Source: Bacillales bacterium UBA3207
GTDB taxonomy: Bacteria > Bacillota_I > Bacilli_A > RFN20 > CAG-826
Direction: 5' to 3'
NCBI GenBank assembly: GCA_002363735.1
Contig: DEWP01000008.1
Location: forward strand, 1-61,039
DNA: 61,039 bases
The position numbers and the translations under genes were made by a program. Each line of letters begins with the position of its first letter. The stretch's first letter is position 1. Under the pieces are notes generated by a model. The model was given only the letters and a program-made list of their open reading frames with translations. It did not search any database and was not told where the DNA came from. This document shows positions 55,798 to 61,039 of the stretch, one piece after another.

Positions 55798-57330
55798 ATG
55801 GCGGATATAGAGACAAAAACAGATGAAAACTTACTTCGAGAGGATCTCTCGGAGTTTTCTAACTATGAAGCCCCAGTTGAACAAGAACCAGAAAAAAAGA
55901 AAAGAAGTTTAACTAAGTTTCTTATTTATTCATCAGTCATTGTTGTTTTAACTGGTCTAGCGTTGTTTCTATCTTTAAAAGATAATTACGAATCAGTTGT
56001 TAAAACAATTGGAAAAGTTAATGTTTGTTATCTTTTCTTAATGCTTGGAATTGTCTTATTTAGTTATGTTTTAGATGGCTTTGCCATCTTTTTATTCTCT
56101 CGACTTTATACTCATAAATATAAGCTTCATCAAGGAATCGCAACTTCTTATATCGGTGCATTCTATACTTCGGTTTCTCCAAGTAAGTCTGCTGGACAAG
56201 TTATGGAAGTCTACACGATGAATAAGCAAGGTGTTGCAACATCGAATGCCGCATCAATCATGGTGATGTCGTTTATTGTTTATGAGTTAAGTATCGTTAT
56301 TCTTTCCGCAATTGGATTATTCGTAAACAAAATTATTTTGATAGATGTTGGTGACTTAGATATCTTTGGATGGAAAGTCTCTTCTGTTCCATTAATTCTG
56401 ATTGGGTTCTCGGTTCATTTCCTTCTTATTAGTGGTCTAATCACGATGTCTTATTCAAGAAGATTCCATAATTTAATTTTGAATCACGGGATCGATTTTT
56501 TAGCCAAGATTAAACTCCTTAAAAACCCAGAAGAAAAAAGAGAAAGTCTACGAATTCAAGTTGAAAACTTTAAGATTGAACTAAGACGTCTTTTATCAAA
56601 CGTTCCAATCTTTTTATTAATGATTATTGTGTTTTCACTTGTCTTAATGCTGCGTTTTTCAATTCCTTATCTAACCGGACTTGCTTTAGATGGATTTGGA
56701 TTTAGATTAAACGGAGATGGATCATTAATGATTCAAACTATTGAAGGTGGTCAACTGGTCGCTAAAACAGTTGGAACAACTTCGTTTGAATCATGTATGC
56801 AAGGTATTTTCTTAAGTAGTTTTACCCAGTTATTAACAAGTATTATTCCAATTCCAGGTGGTGCTGGTATTTCGGAATATTTCTTCACATCATTCTTTAA
56901 AAATTATTATGTTTCAGAGGCAATGATTGTTGCTGCCCAAATCGTTTGGAGATTTACAACATTTATTTTTATTATTGTTGTTTCTGGTATTGTTACAGCA
57001 ACATATCGAGCATCTCCAAAAGATCAATTCCATCAAGCCAACAGAAAGAATTATGTCACCCTTCAATATGCGACATTTAATGAGCGTCAAGTCGATCCAA
57101 GTCTTGGTGTTCAATCAGTTTTTACATTTAAAAAGCTTGGTGATAACTTCAAACAAATGATGAAACCAAAATCTCGGACAAAACCGCCTTTAAAAGAGGA
57201 AGTTAACCAAGAATTGCTGGTGAAAAAAGAAGAAAAACCAGTTAAAAAGGTGAAAGAAAAACCACCGAAAAAACAAAAAGAAAAGAAGATCCAATGGAAG
57301 CGAATTAACATTGGGGAAGACGATGAATAA
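55798..57330 (+). CDS. Lysylphosphatidylglycerol-synthase TM / flippase-like (UPF0104) protein
   Basis: FYTSVSPSKSAGQ, IPIPGGAGISE, IVWRFTT; charged C-terminal tail. Confidence 0.8.
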   Translation: MADIETKTDENLLREDLSEFSNYEAPVEQEPEKKKRSLTKFLIYSSVIVVLTGLALFLSLKDNYESVVKTIGKVNVCYLFLMLGIVLFSYVLDGFAIFLFSRLYTHKYKLHQGIATSYIGAFYTSVSPSKSAGQVMEVYTMNKQGVATSNAASIMVMSFIVYELSIVILSAIGLFVNKIILIDVGDLDIFGWKVSSVPLILIGFSVHFLLISGLITMSYSRRFHNLILNHGIDFLAKIKLLKNPEEKRESLRIQVENFKIELRRLLSNVPIFLLMIIVFSLVLMLRFSIPYLTGLALDGFGFRLNGDGSLMIQTIEGGQLVAKTVGTTSFESCMQGIFLSSFTQLLTSIIPIPGGAGISEYFFTSFFKNYYVSEAMIVAAQIVWRFTTFIFIIVVSGIVTATYRASPKDQFHQANRKNYVTLQYATFNERQVDPSLGVQSVFTFKKLGDNFKQMMKPKSRTKPPLKEEVNQELLVKKEEKPVKKVKEKPPKKQKEKKIQWKRINIGEDDE

Positions 57331-57344
57331 AGGAGAGTAAAAAA

Positions 57345-58286
57345 ATGAAATGGATTAATGAATTAGTTGATGGTGATCATGTCTATGGTCCACTCCTTGT
57401 TGTTGGTGCAACAAAAGGAACAACCGATAAAGGTTTAAGTTATTTAAACATCTCATTCCAAGATAAATCAGGAAACATTGAAGCGAAAAAATGGGATGTT
57501 ACTGATGAAGACTTAGAAATTGTTGTTCCAGGAGCAGTGGTTTATGTTGAAGGAATTGTTAACCTTTACAAAAACCAACCACAAGTTAAAGTGATGGGAA
57601 TCAGTAAAGTACCAGATTTAGGTGAAATTGATTTAAATCGTTTTCAAAAAGTTTCGCCAATTCCACTTGATGAAATGAAAAAGAGACTTGATGTCTATTT
57701 AAATTCCTTTAAGGACAAAGATGTTGAAAAGATTACTAAAGCAGTTATTTCTCATTTTTATGATAAATATGTGACTTATCCAGCTGCGGTAAAAATTCAT
57801 CATGAATTCGGTAGTGGAATTTTACATCACTCTTTAACCATGGCGGATGTTGCTGAACAAGTTAGCAAAATCTATCCACAAGTTGATCGTGATTTATTAG
57901 TTGCCGGAGCATTAATGCACGATATTGGAAAAACAATCGAATATGAAAATCCATTAATGCCTGCTCAAACAGTGGAAGGTAAATTAATTGGTCACATTTC
58001 GATAATGTATGCTGAATTTAGAAAGATTGTTGATGAATTACATATTGAAAGTGAAGTACCTGTTCTATTAGAACACATGATTTTATCTCATCATGGAAAG
58101 TTAGAATTTGGCTCTCCAGTCTTACCTTGCACAAGAGAAGCGCTTCTTTTAAGTATGATTGACTTAATGGATTCAAAAATGATGATCTTAGATAAAGCTT
58201 ATGAACCAGTCAAAGATGGGGAATGGACTCCACGTCTTTGGATGCTTGATAATGCTTCATTTTATAAACCAAAAAATAGGAATTAG
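57345..58286 (+). CDS. yhaM: 3'-5' exoribonuclease YhaM (OB + HD)
   Basis: QDKSGNIEAKKW OB fold; YPAAVKIHH, MHDIGK, EGKLIGHI, ILSHHGKLEFGSP. Confidence 0.9.
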   Translation: MKWINELVDGDHVYGPLLVVGATKGTTDKGLSYLNISFQDKSGNIEAKKWDVTDEDLEIVVPGAVVYVEGIVNLYKNQPQVKVMGISKVPDLGEIDLNRFQKVSPIPLDEMKKRLDVYLNSFKDKDVEKITKAVISHFYDKYVTYPAAVKIHHEFGSGILHHSLTMADVAEQVSKIYPQVDRDLLVAGALMHDIGKTIEYENPLMPAQTVEGKLIGHISIMYAEFRKIVDELHIESEVPVLLEHMILSHHGKLEFGSPVLPCTREALLLSMIDLMDSKMMILDKAYEPVKDGEWTPRLWMLDNASFYKPKNRN

Positions 58287-58289
58287 GTT

Positions 58290-61037
58290 ATGTTAGAGAA
58301 CGAGAATTTACCAGATCTAGAACAAGAACTAAAGACCTCTTTTAAATCTGGTTTATCAACAAGCGAGGCCAAAGAACGTCTCTTAAGAGACGGAGAAAAT
58401 AAACTGGAAGAAAAGAAGAAAAAATCTGTCTTCCGTATTTTCTTAGAACAACTCAATAACCCAATGATTTTTGTTTTGTTTGCGGCGATTGCAATTACAA
58501 TCGGTGTTTCAGTTTACGAAACAATTAAAGTTGGTTTTGACTTCTTTAATGTTGGTGACTGGCCAGATGTCATTATTATTTTAGCTGTCATTATCTTAAA
58601 CGGAATTATTGGAACTGTCCAAGAAGTCAAAGCGCAGTCATCTTTAGATGCTTTAAAGAAGCTTGCATCACCAGAATCAACGGTTATTCGTGATGGACAA
58701 AGAATGAAAATTCGTTCATCAGAACTTGTTGTTGGTGATGTTGTTGTCTTAGAAGAAGGCGACACAATTGGTGCTGACCTAAGATTAATCGAAGCGATTA
58801 ACTTAAAAACAAACGAATCTTCATTAACTGGTGAATCAGTTTCAATCGAAAAAGATTCTAATGTTGTCTTTACTGATGCTGTGGCAATTGGTGACCGCGT
58901 TAACTGTGCCTACATGTCAACTCCAGTTGTTTATGGACGTGGACAAGGCGTTGTTGTTGCTACCGGCATGAAAACCGAGATTGGTAAGATTGCGAAATCA
59001 CTTGATGAAGAAGAAGACGAAGAAACTCCACTTCAAAAAGTTCTAGCTAAATTATCTAAATTGTTAGGTTTATTAACTTTGTTAATTGTTGTCTTAGTTT
59101 TAGTCGTTGATATTGTTTGGATTTTTGTTCACGGACAAGGAAGCGATATTGAAGCTTGGATTGAAGCTGTTTTAGCATCGATTGCGTTAGCTGTTGCTGC
59201 TATTCCAGAAGGTTTAGCCGCTGTTGTGACAATTGTTTTATCTCTTGGTGTTCAAAGAATGGTTAAAGCAAACACGATTGTTAGAAAATTACCAAGTGTT
59301 GAGACACTTGGCGCAGTTTCTGTTGTTTGTTCAGATAAAACTGGAACATTAACCCAAAACAAGATGACCGTGATGGAAGCTTATGTTAATAATAGCTTCT
59401 ATAAAGGTGCTGATTTTAATGAAAAACAAGATTTAAACGAACTTGTCTTATTAGGTAAAGGAATGTCGTTATGTTCAAACGCGACTGTTGATGAAGGCTT
59501 ATATGGTGATCCAACTGAAATTGCATTAGTTGATTTCTCGAATAAACTTGGTCACCATAAAGGTGATTTAGAAAATGACACTCCACGTATTGATGAACTT
59601 CCATTTGATTCGGTACGTAAAATGATGTCGACACTTCACAAAGATGGCATCCAATACACAAAAGGTGCCTTAGACAGCATTTTAAAATGCTGCGACCGCA
59701 TCTTAGAAAACGGTAAGATTCGCAAAATCACTGAACAAGATATTCAAAATATTAATCGTGCAAACGCCGAATTTTCTGATCGAGCGCTTCGTGTTTTAGC
59801 ACTTGCTTACGATTTAAATCGTAAAGGTGTCGAAGAAAATAAACTTGTTTTTGTTGGTCTTGTCGCGATGATTGACCCATGTCGAGAAGAAGCTGGGCCA
59901 GCGGTTGAGAAATTTAAACAAGCTGGTATTACAACCGTTATGATTACTGGCGACCACAAAGATACTGCTTTTGCAATTGCAAAAGAACTTGGCATCGCTG
60001 AAAGTAAAGAACAGGTTTTAACTGGTCATGATGTTGACCAATTAAGCTTTGAAGAACTTCAAGAACAATGTCAGAAAGTTCGTGTTTTTGCTCGTGTTTC
60101 TCCAGAAAACAAAGTTTCGATTGTGAAAGCGTTTAAAGCAAACGGTAATATTGCGGCGATGACCGGTGATGGTGTTAATGACGCTCCATCACTGAAAGCG
60201 GCCGACATTGGTATTGCAATGGGCATTACCGGAACCGACGTTGCTAAAGGTGCGGCGGATATGGTCTTAACCGATGATAACTTTGCCTCCATTGAAAAAG
60301 CTGTTGAAGAAGGTCGTGGCATTTATGCCAACATTAAGAAAACAGTACTTTTCTTACTTAGTAGTAATATCGCAGAAGTTTTAGGAATGTTTATTCTAAT
60401 TTGCATTGGGCTTCCATCTCCGTTTATCGCGATTCATTTGCTGTGGGTGAATTTAATTACTGACTCGCTACCAGCTGTCGCTCTTGGTGTCGATCCAAAA
60501 GACCCAAATAATATGAATGAAAAGCCACGTGATCCAAAAGAAAACTTCTTTGCTCATGGTGGTGCAAAAACACTGATTTTATATAGTGCAATTATTACTT
60601 TAGGAGTCATTCTAGCCTACTTCTCAGTTGGTTGGATGAATGGTGCTGTCTCCTATGGAGACATTAAAGCATTATATGAAAATGATGCCGACTTGCTTCA
60701 TAAAGCTCGTTCGATGGCGTTTGCAACGCTCGCCATCGCTGAACTCATTCACATGGTCGGAATGAGTGCAGATAAGCATCATTTCCATGTTGTCTTTATG
60801 AAGAAGAACTGGCTGATGTTATTTGCTTTCATTGCTGGATTCCTCTTACAAGTGATGGTCATCGAAGTTCCATTTATTTCGAAGGTCTTCGATACTCATT
60901 CATTAGACATTTATGAATGGCTTATCGTAGTTGGATTATCTCTACTTCCATTAATTGTCCATGAAATCGTTACTTTAGTGAACCAGATTAAGGAACATCG
61001 AGAAAATAAATCGATTAAAATGTTTAATATCAAATGA
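58290..61037 (+). CDS. P-type (P2A) Ca2+-transporting ATPase
   Basis: LTGES, IPEGL, CSDKTGTLT, KGA, MITGD, TGDGVNDAP, NLITD; ends in TGA at 61035-37. Confidence 0.92.
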   Translation: MLENENLPDLEQELKTSFKSGLSTSEAKERLLRDGENKLEEKKKKSVFRIFLEQLNNPMIFVLFAAIAITIGVSVYETIKVGFDFFNVGDWPDVIIILAVIILNGIIGTVQEVKAQSSLDALKKLASPESTVIRDGQRMKIRSSELVVGDVVVLEEGDTIGADLRLIEAINLKTNESSLTGESVSIEKDSNVVFTDAVAIGDRVNCAYMSTPVVYGRGQGVVVATGMKTEIGKIAKSLDEEEDEETPLQKVLAKLSKLLGLLTLLIVVLVLVVDIVWIFVHGQGSDIEAWIEAVLASIALAVAAIPEGLAAVVTIVLSLGVQRMVKANTIVRKLPSVETLGAVSVVCSDKTGTLTQNKMTVMEAYVNNSFYKGADFNEKQDLNELVLLGKGMSLCSNATVDEGLYGDPTEIALVDFSNKLGHHKGDLENDTPRIDELPFDSVRKMMSTLHKDGIQYTKGALDSILKCCDRILENGKIRKITEQDIQNINRANAEFSDRALRVLALAYDLNRKGVEENKLVFVGLVAMIDPCREEAGPAVEKFKQAGITTVMITGDHKDTAFAIAKELGIAESKEQVLTGHDVDQLSFEELQEQCQKVRVFARVSPENKVSIVKAFKANGNIAAMTGDGVNDAPSLKAADIGIAMGITGTDVAKGAADMVLTDDNFASIEKAVEEGRGIYANIKKTVLFLLSSNIAEVLGMFILICIGLPSPFIAIHLLWVNLITDSLPAVALGVDPKDPNNMNEKPRDPKENFFAHGGAKTLILYSAIITLGVILAYFSVGWMNGAVSYGDIKALYENDADLLHKARSMAFATLAIAELIHMVGMSADKHHFHVVFMKKNWLMLFAFIAGFLLQVMVIEVPFISKVFDTHSLDIYEWLIVVGLSLLPLIVHEIVTLVNQIKEHRENKSIKMFNIK

Positions 61038-61039
61038 TG

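Larger units (their letters stand above)
1182..57223 (+). repeat. Dispersed ~21-bp motif, consensus TTAACCAAGAATTGCTGGTGA, 7 copies
   Basis: Copies at 1182, 24585, 38649, 43585, 48701, 54775 and 57203, all read on the + strand. Confidence 0.8.

Noticed and set aside
7439-60322. Numerous antisense or nested ORFs from the track (e.g. 7439-7996, 25007-25465, 26883-27332, 35042-35455)
   Set aside because: Shadows of well-supported genes, with no motifs or RBS.
1-61039. Genetic code 4 (TGA=Trp), suggested by Mollicutes-like genes
   Set aside because: Long ORFs are intact under code 11, Trp is TGG, and TGA ends genes at expected positions (4543, 10806, 33576, 61037).

Overview
AT-rich bacterial window using the standard genetic code (TGA is a stop). 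Gene content and style suggest an uncultured gut/rumen-type low-GC Bacilli/Mollicutes-adjacent lineage, which is inference. Order: MNT-HEPN toxin-antitoxin pair with an apparently broken toxin start; a hypoxanthine-DNA glycosylase; a first Wzx/Wzy polysaccharide locus (1318-17836); a small putative defence islet (Zn-ribbon protein, RloC/AAA_13-like ABC ATPase, CHAT caspase-like protease); two RDD paralogues; a Mycoplasma-style CUT1 ABC importer ending in an OB-fold lipoprotein; a second polysaccharide locus (31518-39664) with a Wzy-Wzx-pyruvyltransferase triple fusion and an HTH-Ugd fusion; three paralogous secreted surface proteins sharing N- and C-terminal signals; an alpha-galactoside operon on the minus strand; degV, an LPG-synthase-TM protein, yhaM and a P2A Ca2+-ATPase. 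The strongest non-coding signals are: (i) a ~21-bp motif TTAACCAAGAATTGCTGGTGA found 7 times, always in the + orientation, both between and inside genes; (ii) a ~340-nt 5' leader of five back-to-back hairpins starting at a consensus sigma-A promoter, with structurally analogous leaders on the paralogues; (iii) many apparently leaderless genes. No rRNA, tRNA, CRISPR array or transposase was recognised.
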